Below, piece after piece: positions 1-11,093 of a DNA stretch of 64,000 bases (its first letter is position 1; each line of letters opens with the position of its first letter). Source of the DNA: Thainema sp. (GTDB taxonomy: Bacteria > Cyanobacteriota > Cyanobacteriia > Phormidesmidales > Phormidesmidaceae); assembly GCA_052168235.1 (NCBI GenBank), contig JBQLZK010000027.1, positions 1 through 64,000 of the forward strand, read 5' to 3'. The translations under genes were made by a program, and so were the position numbers. The notes beneath the pieces were generated by a model, which saw only the letters and a program-made list of their open reading frames with translations, had not been told where the DNA came from and did no database searches.

Positions 1-119
1 ATCCCACCTTATGATCTCATATTGAGATCGTTCTGGCTATTTTTCGAAGTGCCCTGATGTTTTTTTAACACAGTAGGGGCTTGGCAACTACTAAACCCCT
101 ACTGATACTATTCACGTTC

Positions 120-488
120 CTAATGAGACTCAGCATCAGTCGGCGCATCCGTGCTCTCTGTCTCTTCGGAGCCGGACTGGATTTCGACATCGTCATCGTC
201 TGTCAAGCGCTCGATTTCATACGGTGAGAGCTGTACATCTTGCTGAATCGTCAAAATGGCCGTGTCAGAATCTTCCTGCTGTAGAATGCGGATTTCTTGC
301 TCCAGCTGATCTAAGCCATCTTCAAAGAAGGTCTGGGACGGCAAACTGCGATCGCGTCCCAATCCCCCAGGCGTCGTTTGAGCGAATACCGGATGATTTA
401 TCCAGGACATCATCAGACCAGCGACTAGACTGCCAGAGAAGAGTACAGCAAGCGACAATGGATTAGCAAACACACAGCGATAGCGCAT
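120..488 (-). CDS. Hypothetical secreted/membrane protein with acidic C-terminus
   Basis: 122-aa ATG ORF, hydrophobic N-terminus ending in AQ, GAGGT SD upstream. Confidence 0.7.
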   Translation of the reverse strand: MRYRCVFANPLSLAVLFSGSLVAGLMMSWINHPVFAQTTPGGLGRDRSLPSQTFFEDGLDQLEQEIRILQQEDSDTAILTIQQDVQLSPYEIERLTDDDDVEIQSGSEETESTDAPTDAESH

Positions 489-670
489 AGCAACCTCCTA
501 CATAAAGCAAGAACTCGTTCAATTAAGCCCCAGCCCACTCATTCATTGTTCACCCATAGCAGAACAGAGTTGAAACGGATTCGTTCCAACTCTGCCTCGC
601 GCTTTTATCCAAGGTGTGCGATTTTAGGATTTACGCTTCATGTACCTGCGATCTCAGTGCATGCGCAATC

Positions 671-1270
671 CTAGCGCACATTGGTATTGGGCTGATACAG
701 CGACGGAGAGTTGGAATCAGCCGTTGGTGCTTTGGGAATTTCGATGATCGGCTTGTCTAAGGCGATTTGTAGTCCTTCTGTCGAAACGCCAAACTCAGCA
801 TCGGTGGCGATTTCGCTGTCCGGGCCGGATCGCTCTGCAAATTGAGGTGTGCGGGTCGGAGACCCAAAGACAAACGCGGATACTGTACCCACCACGACGG
901 CTGCGATCGCACCCCCTGTTAGCACAAGGCGGCGAGATGGCCGATTCGCGCGACGCACCACCTGATCAACCATTGCATCAATATCAATCGATGTCTCAGC
1001 GACAGGAACCTGGATAGACTGAAATCCCTGACGCAATAGCAGCAGCCGCTGATAAAGCTTTTGCACCGTGGCATCGTTATCCAGCCAAGTTTCAACCTGA
1101 CGGCGCTCATCGGCTGTGACTTCGCCATCAAGATAAGCACTGAGTAATTCGAAGCGATCGCGTTTCATAACGTCCAGAGCCTCCCACGAACGGCAGTCAT
1201 CCTGATCTCCAGACGCCCAGCCTGGAGCCGATTGGTCGCTATTACGGTTTGAAGGAAAATCAGGGGTCAT
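671..1270 (-). CDS. Transmembrane anti-sigma factor
   Basis: FELLSAYLDGEVT..ERRQVE..L motif plus one TM helix; directly downstream of an ECF sigma gene. Confidence 0.85.
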   Translation of the reverse strand: MTPDFPSNRNSDQSAPGWASGDQDDCRSWEALDVMKRDRFELLSAYLDGEVTADERRQVETWLDNDATVQKLYQRLLLLRQGFQSIQVPVAETSIDIDAMVDQVVRRANRPSRRLVLTGGAIAAVVVGTVSAFVFGSPTRTPQFAERSGPDSEIATDAEFGVSTEGLQIALDKPIIEIPKAPTADSNSPSLYQPNTNVR

Positions 1271-1665
1271 CTCAAAAATGATATATGGAGAATTAATCGT
1301 TTAGACCAAATACGAAACAAGCGCTGGCATCGTGATCTTAGTGATTCTAACGATAACTAAAAGCAGATACCGTCAAGCTGAGTTAAATCGTGTCAAAGCA
1401 GATTAAGTTATTTCAAAATCATATCCGAACTACTCTAGAACACAACTCACCTTTTGAGGCACTTTTGTTTGAATTTAAACCAATCACCTCTTTCCAAAGG
1501 GTGGCTGGAAATTTTGGCGAAAGTGAAGCGTATGTTTGACTGAGTGTGCTAACGATTCTATCCGGGTTTGCTGCTCGCTAACTTGATCGTCACTAACTTG
1601 ATCGTAATAGACGCGAGGTCAATAAACCGATAAGGTAGCCTGCTGACTCAATCACTATGCAACTG

Positions 1666-2340
1666 CTACAGAAAAGAACCTCCATCTAGGTACTTCTGAA
1701 GCTGGCTTTGGAGGCGCTGACGGGCGCGGGCAATCCGAGATTTCACCGTACCCAGAGAGACATTGGTGATTTCGGCAATTTCTTCGTAGGCCATGCCCTC
1801 AATTTCGCGCAGCACGATGGTTGTACGGAATACTTCCGGTAAATCTGCGATCGCATCATGGAGGCGGTCATAGAACTCGCGAGTTGCCAAATCCTCATCG
1901 GGGCCAGGCGTATCAGCAGCTACATCCCACTCCATTTCACCATCATCTAAGCGGCGAGGCGCATCCAGGGAAAGAGGTCGCCGAACCCGCTTGCGCTTGC
2001 GCAGTTCGTCATAAAACAAATTGGTCGTAATCCGACTGAGCCATCCCCGAAACTTAACCGGATCATTCAGCTTGCGGATATTGCGGTATACCCGAATCCA
2101 GACTTCTTGAGCCAGATCGGCCCGATCTGACCAGTCAGGTGCTAGGTGGTAGAGAACCTTGTCAACATGGGATTGATGCCGACGCAGCAGTTCCGCAAAT
2201 GCCGCTTTGTCAGGACGGAGGCCGGCCTGACACTGCAAAATGAGGTCGTAGTTGGAGAGCTTTTCGGGTTGCACAGTTGCCTGAGGAACGGTATTTTGCA
2301 CCGTTGACCAGGATGCGGGTAGAGAATGAGTCATTAGCAC
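1666..2340 (-). CDS. sigG: ECF RNA polymerase sigma factor (cyanobacterial SigG/RpoE type)
   Basis: Region 2 DLAQEVWIRVY...FRGWLSRI and region 4 YEEIAEITNVSLGTVKSRIARAR. Confidence 0.9.
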   Translation of the reverse strand: MLMTHSLPASWSTVQNTVPQATVQPEKLSNYDLILQCQAGLRPDKAAFAELLRRHQSHVDKVLYHLAPDWSDRADLAQEVWIRVYRNIRKLNDPVKFRGWLSRITTNLFYDELRKRKRVRRPLSLDAPRRLDDGEMEWDVAADTPGPDEDLATREFYDRLHDAIADLPEVFRTTIVLREIEGMAYEEIAEITNVSLGTVKSRIARARQRLQSQLQKYLDGGSFL

Positions 2341-2435
2341 AACTTGCCTGAACGTCTCGTCACTAGGGAACGGAATTCATGAGAACCCGCTTTTTTCAGT
2401 GCGGGCTTCACTAAATTCGTGTCGCTAGTCTCAGA

Positions 2436-2461
2436 GACGGGGCAGGTTCCACCAAAGTTCC
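2436..2461 (-). promoter_or_regulatory. Putative ECF-type autoregulatory promoter GGAAC-N17-CGTC
   Basis: Minus strand reads ggaac tttggtggaacctgccc cgtc, about 95 nt upstream of sigG. Confidence 0.55.
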
Positions 2462-2525
2462 CACCGAATCCAAAAATCAAAACTGGATAAAGCAGCTTCA
2501 TCCTAGCTCAACGGCTGTGAGTATT

Positions 2526-2626
2526 CTCACATCTTGCACTAAAACCTAGGAGGGTTATCTTACCCCCGCATTGCGGCAGCAAAACAATCGCTTTGGGGTT
2601 TCAATTTGAGGGTGCAAGACAGTAAG
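2526..2626. mobile_element. MITE family B, degenerate copy
   Basis: Ends ctcacatcttgcac...gtgcaagacagtaag, TATT on both flanks, central ccgcattgcgg hairpin. Confidence 0.65.
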
Positions 2627-2776
2627 TATTACTAATTACGCGGTGAGTGAACATAATCCAGGAACAATTCTGCATTCCCCATCCTACAGCGATTTCAATT
2701 TGCCAGCGATTTCGATTTCTCACACTGATGGAACGTTTTCAGAGTTTTCCAGCGTCCTAACTAATGTGACTCCTGC

Positions 2777-4138
2777 TTATAGGATTTGCGATCGCAGTGA
2801 AAGAACATATACCCCAGCCAGCATCAACCAGTTCAGCGCATTGATCCGAGCGTCGTAAAACGGCAGGTCTAGCATGGAAAATAGGATAAATCCGCCAGTG
2901 GCTAACAAATAGCCAGTCAGCACCATTCGATGCGGATTGTCCCGACGCTGCTGTAAACAGGTGTGTACCCCGCGATAGCAAACATAGCCAATGGCAAGGA
3001 GCAAGCCAAGCGTCAACACAACTCCCGCTTCTGTGAGCATCAACAGTACAAAATTGTGGGTATGAAAGACATGGGAATACAGTTCATGTGTGCTGCGGGG
3101 CGGATACAGAAATTTGAAGTTGCCCAATCCCCAGCCAAACCAGGGGCGTTCAACTGTCAGATCCCAAGCAATCCGCCAAACGCTGGAACGGGGGTCGCGA
3201 CCGAAGCCAGTCAGGACGCTCTGGAGCGTGATATAACGGCCACCAATGCCACCAATCAGTGCGCCTAGACTCAGCGCAAATATGCCAGCTAGTCCGGCCC
3301 AGAAAATCAGGCGCTGCCGCCGCCCCAGCCAGATGAAAAGCGCCAGTTGACACAGCCCAATGGATAGTCCATTGCGCGATCCAGCACAGAAAATGCCAAC
3401 ACCAATCAGCGCGATCGCCAGATATAACAGCCGCCCAGAATAGGGCTGAATTTGATGAATTTGATCACTTAGATGGCGATCGGTTGGGTGACGCTCGGCG
3501 CTATCGTCGGTTTGAGCGGTAATCGTCGGCTCAACGTGCTCAACGTACTGTTGCCGAACAGAGCGGTTGCGATCGCAGGTATCCAGCAGCAGCAGCCCAA
3601 GTCCCAAACCAAAAATCACCACCAGATAACTCACGTAGGTATTGGGATGACCAAAAAATGAGTTGGCGCGGTGCCCGTAGTCGTTGCGATAAAACCAGTT
3701 CAGGATTGACCAGTCGGCTAGAGATGAAGTTGCGATCGCGGAACTTTTCAGCCAGTACTCGAAAACCGCCACCAGGTTCATGGGAATTGAGGTGACAACC
3801 AGAAGATAAGCCAACTGGTAAAGCTGTTTAGGGCTACCCAAGGTTTGAATCAGCACCGCAAACAGCAGGAAAAACGGAATAAAATTCGTCAGCTGCAGAA
3901 AGGCCTCTGGGCGATAGAAGGCAATGCTGGCGTTGAAAATTAGGCCAATTGCGATCGCGCTTAATCCCCTGACCATCGGTGGCTGGAATAAGCGCCAGCC
4001 CAACTGCCAAATACGTGTAACGAGAACGACAAAAACTCCCACAAATCCGACATAGCTGACGTAGGGCATAACAATGAAGCCCGCTTGCAGCAATGTCCAT
4101 AGCGGAGACTGAGTTTTTAGATACTTGGCAAGAGACAC
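2777..4138 (-). CDS. O-antigen ligase (Wzy_C)/IctB-like membrane protein
   Basis: RANSFFGHPN, GSRNG, RPWFGWGLGNF and HTHN motifs; many TM helices; GTG start inferred. Confidence 0.8.
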   Translation of the reverse strand: MSLAKYLKTQSPLWTLLQAGFIVMPYVSYVGFVGVFVVLVTRIWQLGWRLFQPPMVRGLSAIAIGLIFNASIAFYRPEAFLQLTNFIPFFLLFAVLIQTLGSPKQLYQLAYLLVVTSIPMNLVAVFEYWLKSSAIATSSLADWSILNWFYRNDYGHRANSFFGHPNTYVSYLVVIFGLGLGLLLLDTCDRNRSVRQQYVEHVEPTITAQTDDSAERHPTDRHLSDQIHQIQPYSGRLLYLAIALIGVGIFCAGSRNGLSIGLCQLALFIWLGRRQRLIFWAGLAGIFALSLGALIGGIGGRYITLQSVLTGFGRDPRSSVWRIAWDLTVERPWFGWGLGNFKFLYPPRSTHELYSHVFHTHNFVLLMLTEAGVVLTLGLLLAIGYVCYRGVHTCLQQRRDNPHRMVLTGYLLATGGFILFSMLDLPFYDARINALNWLMLAGVYVLSLRSQIL

Positions 4139-4140
4139 AC

Positions 4141-5583
4141 CTAATAGGCTCCATCCCCAACAATGACCACCCAAATTGTGCGCGCCATGATGTAGATGTC
4201 AAGCCACACCGACCAGTTACGCACATAGTAGGCGTCCAGATTCACCCGTTCTTCGTAGGTCGTATCATTTCGACCCGAAACTTGCCACAGTCCGGTAATG
4301 CCGGGTGACACCTTTAAATACAGCTTAAATCGTTCTGCGTATCGCCAAACCTCTTCATCCACAATTGGTCGTGGTCCTACCATGCTCATTTCGCCCCGCA
4401 GCACGTTCCACAGCTGAGGCAGTTCGTCTAAGCTAGTACGGCGCAAAACCCTACCGACACGGGTGATCCGAGGATCATCCTTCAGCTTATGATCCTGCTC
4501 CCAACTGGACTTTAGCTCCGGATGCAGTTGCAGATAGTGAGCCAAAATTTGCTCAGCATTTTGCTGCATCGTGCGGAATTTCCAGGCTTTGAAGTAGTGA
4601 CCATCGCGACCAATCCGAGTTTGGGCATATAACACTGGCCCCGGCGAGTCTAGCTTAATCAGCAGCGTGATTAGCCCAATCAGCGGCAATACCAGCAATC
4701 CTAAACCGACCGTCAAAACAAATTCCAGCAAAAACTTAGTAGCCCGTGGCCCTGGCAGCAAAAGCTGCTGCCGCACTTCTAGCCCAAGCACCCCGCCTAG
4801 ATCTTTGGCTCCGACCCACAAACTAGAAAAGCCAAACAAATCCGGAATGATAAATAGATGTGCAAAGGTTTGTCCGTATCGTTCAAGCAGCTCCAGCAAT
4901 CGATGGCGAGGTACTCCTGGCATCGCCACAATCGCATAGGGAATTTGCAGTCGTCGGGCTAAACTGGGCGCTAGGGACAAGTTACCGACAACTGGAACAC
5001 CTTCAACTGAGCGCTGTTTGTTGGGATCGTCGTCCAAAATCAGAATTGGCTTAAGCCCCAAACTGGGATTACGCTTGAGGGTACGAACCACCATTTCACC
5101 CGTTTTTCCTGCACCCAAGACCATCACGGGATAGCCCCACCAACCTTGTTGTGCCAAAAAATGTCGCAGAACGACGCGCCCCATGAGCACCAGCAGGATT
5201 GAAAGGGGCCAAACCATCAGAAACACGCCCCGAGAGTATACTTCGCCCTCCCGAAACAGGAAAATTACGGCAGCTAAAGCCAGATAAGTCAGTGTAGTGG
5301 TCATAGTCGTGCGCCGTAGTTCCTCGACGGGACTCATGCCAATACCGGGATATAGCCCAACCGTAGCGTAGGCCAACAGAAATAAGCCTAAGATTGGCCA
5401 GAGCTGCCAATAAAGCTCTGGTTCATACTGTCCATTGAACCAAAGCCGCACCATGACGCTGATGTATCCCGCAGCTGACAGCATTGCCAAATCAGTGCCA
5501 GCGAGACATGCAATCGTCGGCCAGGGACGAGTTGTCACTTTTAGAGCAGTAATGGCGGGCCGCAGAGTACGCTGGAGCTGCAT
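4141..5583 (-). CDS. wbaP: Undecaprenyl-phosphate galactose phosphotransferase WbaP
   Basis: KFRTM, DDPRITRVGRVLRRTSLDELPQL, PGITGLWQVSGRND motifs. Confidence 0.9.
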   Translation of the reverse strand: MQLQRTLRPAITALKVTTRPWPTIACLAGTDLAMLSAAGYISVMVRLWFNGQYEPELYWQLWPILGLFLLAYATVGLYPGIGMSPVEELRRTTMTTTLTYLALAAVIFLFREGEVYSRGVFLMVWPLSILLVLMGRVVLRHFLAQQGWWGYPVMVLGAGKTGEMVVRTLKRNPSLGLKPILILDDDPNKQRSVEGVPVVGNLSLAPSLARRLQIPYAIVAMPGVPRHRLLELLERYGQTFAHLFIIPDLFGFSSLWVGAKDLGGVLGLEVRQQLLLPGPRATKFLLEFVLTVGLGLLVLPLIGLITLLIKLDSPGPVLYAQTRIGRDGHYFKAWKFRTMQQNAEQILAHYLQLHPELKSSWEQDHKLKDDPRITRVGRVLRRTSLDELPQLWNVLRGEMSMVGPRPIVDEEVWRYAERFKLYLKVSPGITGLWQVSGRNDTTYEERVNLDAYYVRNWSVWLDIYIMARTIWVVIVGDGAY

Positions 5584-5666
5584 AGATGCTACATGGACGA
5601 CGAAAAAGCAAAGATAGACTGCAATATTTCTCCTCCTGAGAGGTTACAGGACTCTGCTCACTACGT

Positions 5667-6791
5667 CTACTCTTTACGGCTTTGAACGGCGAATTCCGAC
5701 CAAGTTTGCTGGACAAGTTGCAAAAAGTTACTGCGAAATTGATCGTCAGAAAACCGTTCGGCCTGCTGTTTAATAGCAGCAGCAGGCAGCAAGTTTGGAA
5801 GCGCCTCAAATTCTTTTACAGCAATAATTAGGCTTTCTACAGTCTGTGCGGGAAAGAAAAGTCCTGTTTTGTCAGGAATGACTGTTTCGACTGCGCCACC
5901 TCTGCCATAGGCAATCACTGGAGCGCCTGCGGCTTGGGCCTCAACGGGAGTGATACCAAAGTCTTCCTCTGCTGCAAAGATCAAGGCTTTACAGCGCTGG
6001 AGATAGTCGGTCACCACTGCATCGGCTTGGTGACCCAGTAGCGTGATGTTAGGCGTAGCGAGGCGACGCATGCGATCGCAATCTGTCCCATTACCAATTA
6101 CGACGAGGGGATATCCCAATTGGGCAAAGGCTTCAATAATTAAATCAACCCGTTTATAGGGCACAAATCGTGCGATCGCTAAATAAAAATCTTCGCGAGG
6201 CCCATCGGCTCGAAATCGCTGCACGTTCACGGGTGGGTAGATTACGCTTGCTGAACGCCGGTAAGTTTTCTGAATGCGGCGGGCAATGTAATGAGAATTT
6301 GCCACTAGCACATCGGCTCGATTCGCACTGGCTAAATCCCACAGCCGCAGATAGTGCAATGTTAAGCGAGCGATCATCCCCTTCAATCCCCAGCCGAGTT
6401 TAGACTGCTGGAGATACTGATGCTGAAATTCCCAGGCATAGCGCATGGGAGTATGAATATAGCTGATGTGCAGCTGATCGGGTCGGGTAATCACGCCTTT
6501 CGCTACAGCGTGGCTGCTGGAAATAATCAGGTCATAGTCAGATAGATCAAACTGCTCAACCGCAAACGGCATTAAAAGCAAATACTGACGAAAGTGCCGT
6601 CGGGCAAATGGTAAGTGCTGAATAAACGAGGTTGTGACTGGTTTGTGCTGAATAAAGCCACGCTGATCTGGATCTAGAAAATCCACTAAGCTGAACAGGT
6701 CAGCATCGGGAAACAGCGTCAGGATTTGCTCCACGACTTTCTCCGACCCAGCATGAGTCACTAACCATTCATGCACAACCGCGACTTTCAC
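5667..6791 (-). CDS. Glycosyltransferase family 4
   Basis: MKVAVVHEWL..AGSEKV N-terminus and EEDFGITPVEAQAAG motif. Confidence 0.9.
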   Translation of the reverse strand: MKVAVVHEWLVTHAGSEKVVEQILTLFPDADLFSLVDFLDPDQRGFIQHKPVTTSFIQHLPFARRHFRQYLLLMPFAVEQFDLSDYDLIISSSHAVAKGVITRPDQLHISYIHTPMRYAWEFQHQYLQQSKLGWGLKGMIARLTLHYLRLWDLASANRADVLVANSHYIARRIQKTYRRSASVIYPPVNVQRFRADGPREDFYLAIARFVPYKRVDLIIEAFAQLGYPLVVIGNGTDCDRMRRLATPNITLLGHQADAVVTDYLQRCKALIFAAEEDFGITPVEAQAAGAPVIAYGRGGAVETVIPDKTGLFFPAQTVESLIIAVKEFEALPNLLPAAAIKQQAERFSDDQFRSNFLQLVQQTWSEFAVQSRKE

Positions 6792-7314
6792 AGGTGTTCA
6801 AGATTCCAGGACGACTGCCATCAAATCATAAAGCTCATAAAACGCGACGGAATATCCGTTAGATATCCCTCTAGGGGATAATAGCCAAATTTTGCCGAAC
6901 GAGATACAAGGACAGAGGTGGTTTCCCCGCAATGTGCTTCATCAGTGTTGCATCTGAAATTCACCTATATAAATGAAGAAAGGCAAATTCATTTGAACTT
7001 GCGGCCTGTACTTTGGCATTTATGATGATTTCGCTTTATGCTCTAGCTGGATAACATTGAATCTATTAATCAAAATTAATCAGAACCAGTTTTCGTTTTC
7101 GTGAACGCACCAGCATACAGCCCGTACTTTTACAAAAACGATTCTAGGATTTTTGTGCTGAATTGCATGTTATACCCAATTGGTGTGTAAGAACCCCATG
7201 ATTATTTACGAATGGTCTGTAATGCAAACCATTCGCAAACATCACTATGGTTTTCAACCAAATTTGGATGTGTGATGTGCGAATCAAGCTGTTCCGCCTT
7301 CTAATAATTGTGAA

Positions 7315-9585
7315 ATGCCAAAGTTTTCCTTCAAGCAACTGATACGGCCTGCTGCCAACTCAGGAGAATCGGATTCGACCGAAAATAGCTCAAAGCTGGG
7401 CACCTTTGGTGGAGTATATACCCCTTCTATCTTGACCATCCTGGGCGTGATTATGTACCTGCGCTTTGGTTGGGTTGTAGGCAATGTGGGGCTGTTCGGC
7501 ACTTTAGCGATTGTCACGCTGTCAACAGCGATTACTTTTTTGACCGCTCTCTCCGTATCTGCGATCGCAACCGATCAGGTAGTGCGAGCTGGCGGAGCTT
7601 ACTACATGATCAGCCGCTCTCTGGGTATCGAAACCGGAGGCGCAGTCGGCATTCCGCTGTATCTAGCTCAGGCATTTTCCGTGGCACTCTACACGCTCGG
7701 TTTTGCCGAAAGCCTGAAGGAAACGTTTCCGGTTCTGAACCTAACGGTTGTGGCGCTGATTACCACGGTGTTAGTCGCGGCGCTGGCAATTCAGTCGGCC
7801 AATATTGCGATTAAGGCCCAATATTTCATCATGGCTGCGATCGTAATCTCGTTGCTATCGCTGATCTGTGGTCATGCGATTGAGCCTTCGACGATTGAAC
7901 CTTTTGGTGCAGCTCCAGCCCGATCAGAAGGGTTTTGGAAAGTGTTCGCCGTCTTTTTCCCCGCCGTGACGGGCATTATGGCGGGTGTCAACATGTCTGG
8001 GGATTTGAAAGATCCCACCAAGTCACTCCCTTGGGGCACCTTGGCGGCAGTTGGTACAGGCTACGTCATCTATATGGTGCTGCCCATCATCCTGGCTAGT
8101 CGAGCAGATGCGATTACGCTAATTGAAAACCCGCTGATTATGCGAGAAATGGCGCTCTGGGGTGACGCGATTCTGCTTGGCGTTTGGGGCGCAACTCTAT
8201 CTAGCGCTATCGGTTCAATCTTAGGCGCACCAAGGGTCTTACAGGCTCTAGCGCGGGATGGTATTCTACCCCGACCATTGCGCTGGCTGGGACAGGGTCA
8301 TGGCCCTGGCGATGAACCGCGTTTGGGAACGTTCTTCACGCTCGGTATTGCGCTGGCCGTGGTGACAATTGGTGACTTGAACCTGATTGCGCCCGTTCTG
8401 ACCATGTTCTTTCTCACCACCTACCTGGTGTTGAACGTGACGGCAGGCGTAGAAAGCTTTCTCCAAAGCCCCTCCTTCCGCCCCGCGTTTAAAGTTCACT
8501 GGGCCTTGTCGCTGCTAGGGGCAATCGGTTGCGTTGCCGTCATGTTTTTGATTAATCCAGTGGCAACCGTGATTGCGGCAGTGATTGTCCTGGGGATCTA
8601 CATCTGGCTGGAGCGACGAGAACTGGAAAGCACCTGGGGCGATGTGCGTCGGGGTTTGTGGATGACGCTGGTGCGGGCGGGCATTTTACAGCTCGATAAT
8701 TCTCCTGATCCGCGTAACTGGCGGCCCAATATTCTGGTTTTATCCGGTGCGCCGACCAAGCGCTGGCACTTGATTCAACTGGCTGATTTTCTGACTCATA
8801 ATCGCGGTTTAGTGACCGTTTCCAGCGTTTTACCCAGCGGTTCCCGCAATGTTTCGCAGCAGGCCAAGCTGGAATCAACGATTCGCGATTATCTCAACCG
8901 ACGCGGCATTCAAGCACTCGTACGACTAATTACCGCACCCGAACCGTTTAAGGGGGCAGAGAAACTGGTGGAAACCTACGGGTTTGGCCCCTTGGTGCCT
9001 AACACCATTCTGCTGGGCGATACGGAAAACGAAGCCAGTCGCGATCGCTATTGCCAGATGATCACCAGTTTCCATCGTGCCCAGCGCAACGTGGTGATCT
9101 TTCGCGAAAACCCTGACGCGCCCTTGGATAATGACAAGCCGGGTCGCAATCGGCGGATTGACGTGTGGTGGGGCGGTTTGCAGCACAACGGCGGACTGAT
9201 GGTCATTTTGGCTGACCTGTTGCGCACCAGTTGGAAATGGCGCGGAGCCGAGATTCAGCTCAAGCTGGTCGCACCGAACTCAATGGCCGCAGAGGCAGCG
9301 GAAACTAATCTCGAATCAATGGCGAAAAGCCTGCGGGTCGAGGCCACCTCGAAAGTTCTTGTGGCAGAAGGCCGCACGTTCGATGAAATTCTCCAAGAAT
9401 CCTCGCAGAATGCTGACCTCGTGTTCTTGGGAATGGCGACGCCGCAGGATGACCTAGGGCAGTCAGAAAACTATTGCCATTACTATCAGCAAGTTCAGCA
9501 GCGCACAGCCGATCTACCAACAACCGTATTGGTGCTAGCTGGACAAAACGTTGCCTTCTCTGAAATCTTGCAAAAAGATGGATAA
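7315..9585 (+). CDS. Cation-chloride cotransporter (SLC12)-like amino acid permease
   Basis: LGTFGGVYTPSILTILGVIMYLRFGWVVG, GGAYYMISRSLG, FFPAVTGIMAG, NWRPNIL motifs. Confidence 0.9.
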   Translation: MPKFSFKQLIRPAANSGESDSTENSSKLGTFGGVYTPSILTILGVIMYLRFGWVVGNVGLFGTLAIVTLSTAITFLTALSVSAIATDQVVRAGGAYYMISRSLGIETGGAVGIPLYLAQAFSVALYTLGFAESLKETFPVLNLTVVALITTVLVAALAIQSANIAIKAQYFIMAAIVISLLSLICGHAIEPSTIEPFGAAPARSEGFWKVFAVFFPAVTGIMAGVNMSGDLKDPTKSLPWGTLAAVGTGYVIYMVLPIILASRADAITLIENPLIMREMALWGDAILLGVWGATLSSAIGSILGAPRVLQALARDGILPRPLRWLGQGHGPGDEPRLGTFFTLGIALAVVTIGDLNLIAPVLTMFFLTTYLVLNVTAGVESFLQSPSFRPAFKVHWALSLLGAIGCVAVMFLINPVATVIAAVIVLGIYIWLERRELESTWGDVRRGLWMTLVRAGILQLDNSPDPRNWRPNILVLSGAPTKRWHLIQLADFLTHNRGLVTVSSVLPSGSRNVSQQAKLESTIRDYLNRRGIQALVRLITAPEPFKGAEKLVETYGFGPLVPNTILLGDTENEASRDRYCQMITSFHRAQRNVVIFRENPDAPLDNDKPGRNRRIDVWWGGLQHNGGLMVILADLLRTSWKWRGAEIQLKLVAPNSMAAEAAETNLESMAKSLRVEATSKVLVAEGRTFDEILQESSQNADLVFLGMATPQDDLGQSENYCHYYQQVQQRTADLPTTVLVLAGQNVAFSEILQKDG

Positions 9586-9698
9586 ATGTGCCTGTCTTTG
9601 GGCGTAGGGGGAACGGCACACTTTCCGTCTTGCTGTTGATGAGTCATGCGCCACTAATCCGTAAGGTAAAAGTAAGCATGTATTCACCCAAGGTATTT

Positions 9699-10106
9699 AT
9701 GGTCAATCAGCCTAACCGTTTAGACGATTCTACTCACACAGCTCAAGATGAACTTCTTGATCAAGAGATAGAGATTTCAGACAGTGATCGTCCTGTTTCT
9801 CGGTCTGAACTGAGCGATCGCAACATTGGCACGGGTGAGCGAGTGAATCGCACGACCAAAACCAGAGCGACAGGTAGCGTTCCAACTGCTGGCGATATTG
9901 ATGCAAATGCCTATCAGGCTCAAGTCGTCGGTGAGGAAGCAGTTGGCGGCACGACACCTACACCGGATCAAGACAGCACCGAAGCACTGGCTGAAGCAGC
10001 TGGGATTGAAGTCCGCGATCGCAAACCGATCCAAACCCGCGATGACCTAGAGCGCCGCGACCAAAACCGCTGGCAACTCGATCCTGACTCTGCTGCTGAT
10101 CATTGA
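9699..10106 (+). CDS. Acidic protein, DUF6335-like
   Basis: GDIDA...VGEEAVGGTTPTPDQD...RRDQNRWQLDPDSA; start inferred. Confidence 0.75.
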   Translation: MVNQPNRLDDSTHTAQDELLDQEIEISDSDRPVSRSELSDRNIGTGERVNRTTKTRATGSVPTAGDIDANAYQAQVVGEEAVGGTTPTPDQDSTEALAEAAGIEVRDRKPIQTRDDLERRDQNRWQLDPDSAADH

Positions 10107-10130
10107 AACCATTGATAAGAATCTAAATAC

Positions 10131-10220
10131 TAGACTTTATTGGAAATAAAGTTTTTGGGGTTGGAAATTGTTTTGTAGCGCGGCTCCGCCGCGCTACAAA
10201 ACAATTTCCGATAAAGTCTA
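10131..10220. mobile_element. MITE family A (uninterrupted copy)
   Basis: TIR tagactttat/ataaagtcta with a long perfect internal palindrome; same element inverted at 32995-33190. Confidence 0.8.
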
Positions 10221-10257
10221 CTAAAAGCGGGTTAGCATTGCTAACCCGCTTTTAGTA
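10219..10257. terminator. Palindrome between convergent genes, probable bidirectional terminator
   Basis: tactaaaagcgggttagc-att-gctaacccgcttttagta. Confidence 0.55.
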
Positions 10258-10272
10258 ATTGGGTGCTTTAAC

Positions 10273-10731
10273 TTATCTGATGAACTTGTGCTCCAGCGTT
10301 CTCAACACGCTGAGGGTAAACCAAGCAAGTAGTGTACCGACGAGTACCATGCGTGAAAGTCCGCAACCAGCGGCCAGCCCAAGTGCAGAAGAAACCCAAA
10401 TTCCCGCTGCAGTGGTCACGCCTCGCACTGAAGGTTTATCTTTGTGCTCGTTATACCAAATGATGCCGCCGCCAATGAATCCCACTCCGGCTACTAATCC
10501 TTGAATTACCCGCACAAAATCACCTGGATTATTTTGTGCAATCCCCAGTTGAATAGGGACAAGGACAAAAAACGCAGTGCCCAGACTAACTAACATATAG
10601 GTTCTTAGACCAGCCGGTTTATCATGGGATTCTCGGTTATAGCCCAATAGCGCACCAACAGCTAATGCCATGACCAGACGACCAATCAAATGCCAAAGAC
10701 CAACCGGGTTTATTAAATCAAGATTGTTCAA
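10273..10731 (-). CDS. MgtC/SapB family membrane protein
   Basis: RE...KPAGLRTYMLVSLG, GVGFIGGG, VRGVTTAAGIW. Confidence 0.9.
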   Translation of the reverse strand: MNNLDLINPVGLWHLIGRLVMALAVGALLGYNRESHDKPAGLRTYMLVSLGTAFFVLVPIQLGIAQNNPGDFVRVIQGLVAGVGFIGGGIIWYNEHKDKPSVRGVTTAAGIWVSSALGLAAGCGLSRMVLVGTLLAWFTLSVLRTLEHKFIR

Positions 10732-10922
10732 CGGATCAATACCAGTTCGATCAGTAGGGCGACATATCTAGTCAGTGCCGAAGATTGAGTGCTGAGTACT
10801 GGATTTTAGGTTTTAGGTACTGAGGCAGGGGATTATATACTTAGTCTTTGCAGCCTTTATAGCCCTCTCTATACTCGTTACTCCTTACTCCTCACTTTCA
10901 GCGCTGAGAATAATGTGTAGCC

Positions 10923-11023
10923 CTCACGTCTTGCACCAAAACCCAGAAGGGTTATTTTGCCGCTGCATCGCGGCGGCAAAATAACTTCTTCGGGTTCTCA
11001 AAGTGCAAGATGCAAGATGTGAG
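10923..11023. mobile_element. MITE family B copy
   Basis: TIR ctcacgtcttgcac / gcaagatgtgag, flanks tagcc/tagct, central palindrome. Confidence 0.75.
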
Positions 11024-11093
11024 TAGCTCCAATTTTGAGAAATAAGATAGCTTTCACCCAAATAGTCACATAAGAATACTTTGAAAGCCTCCC

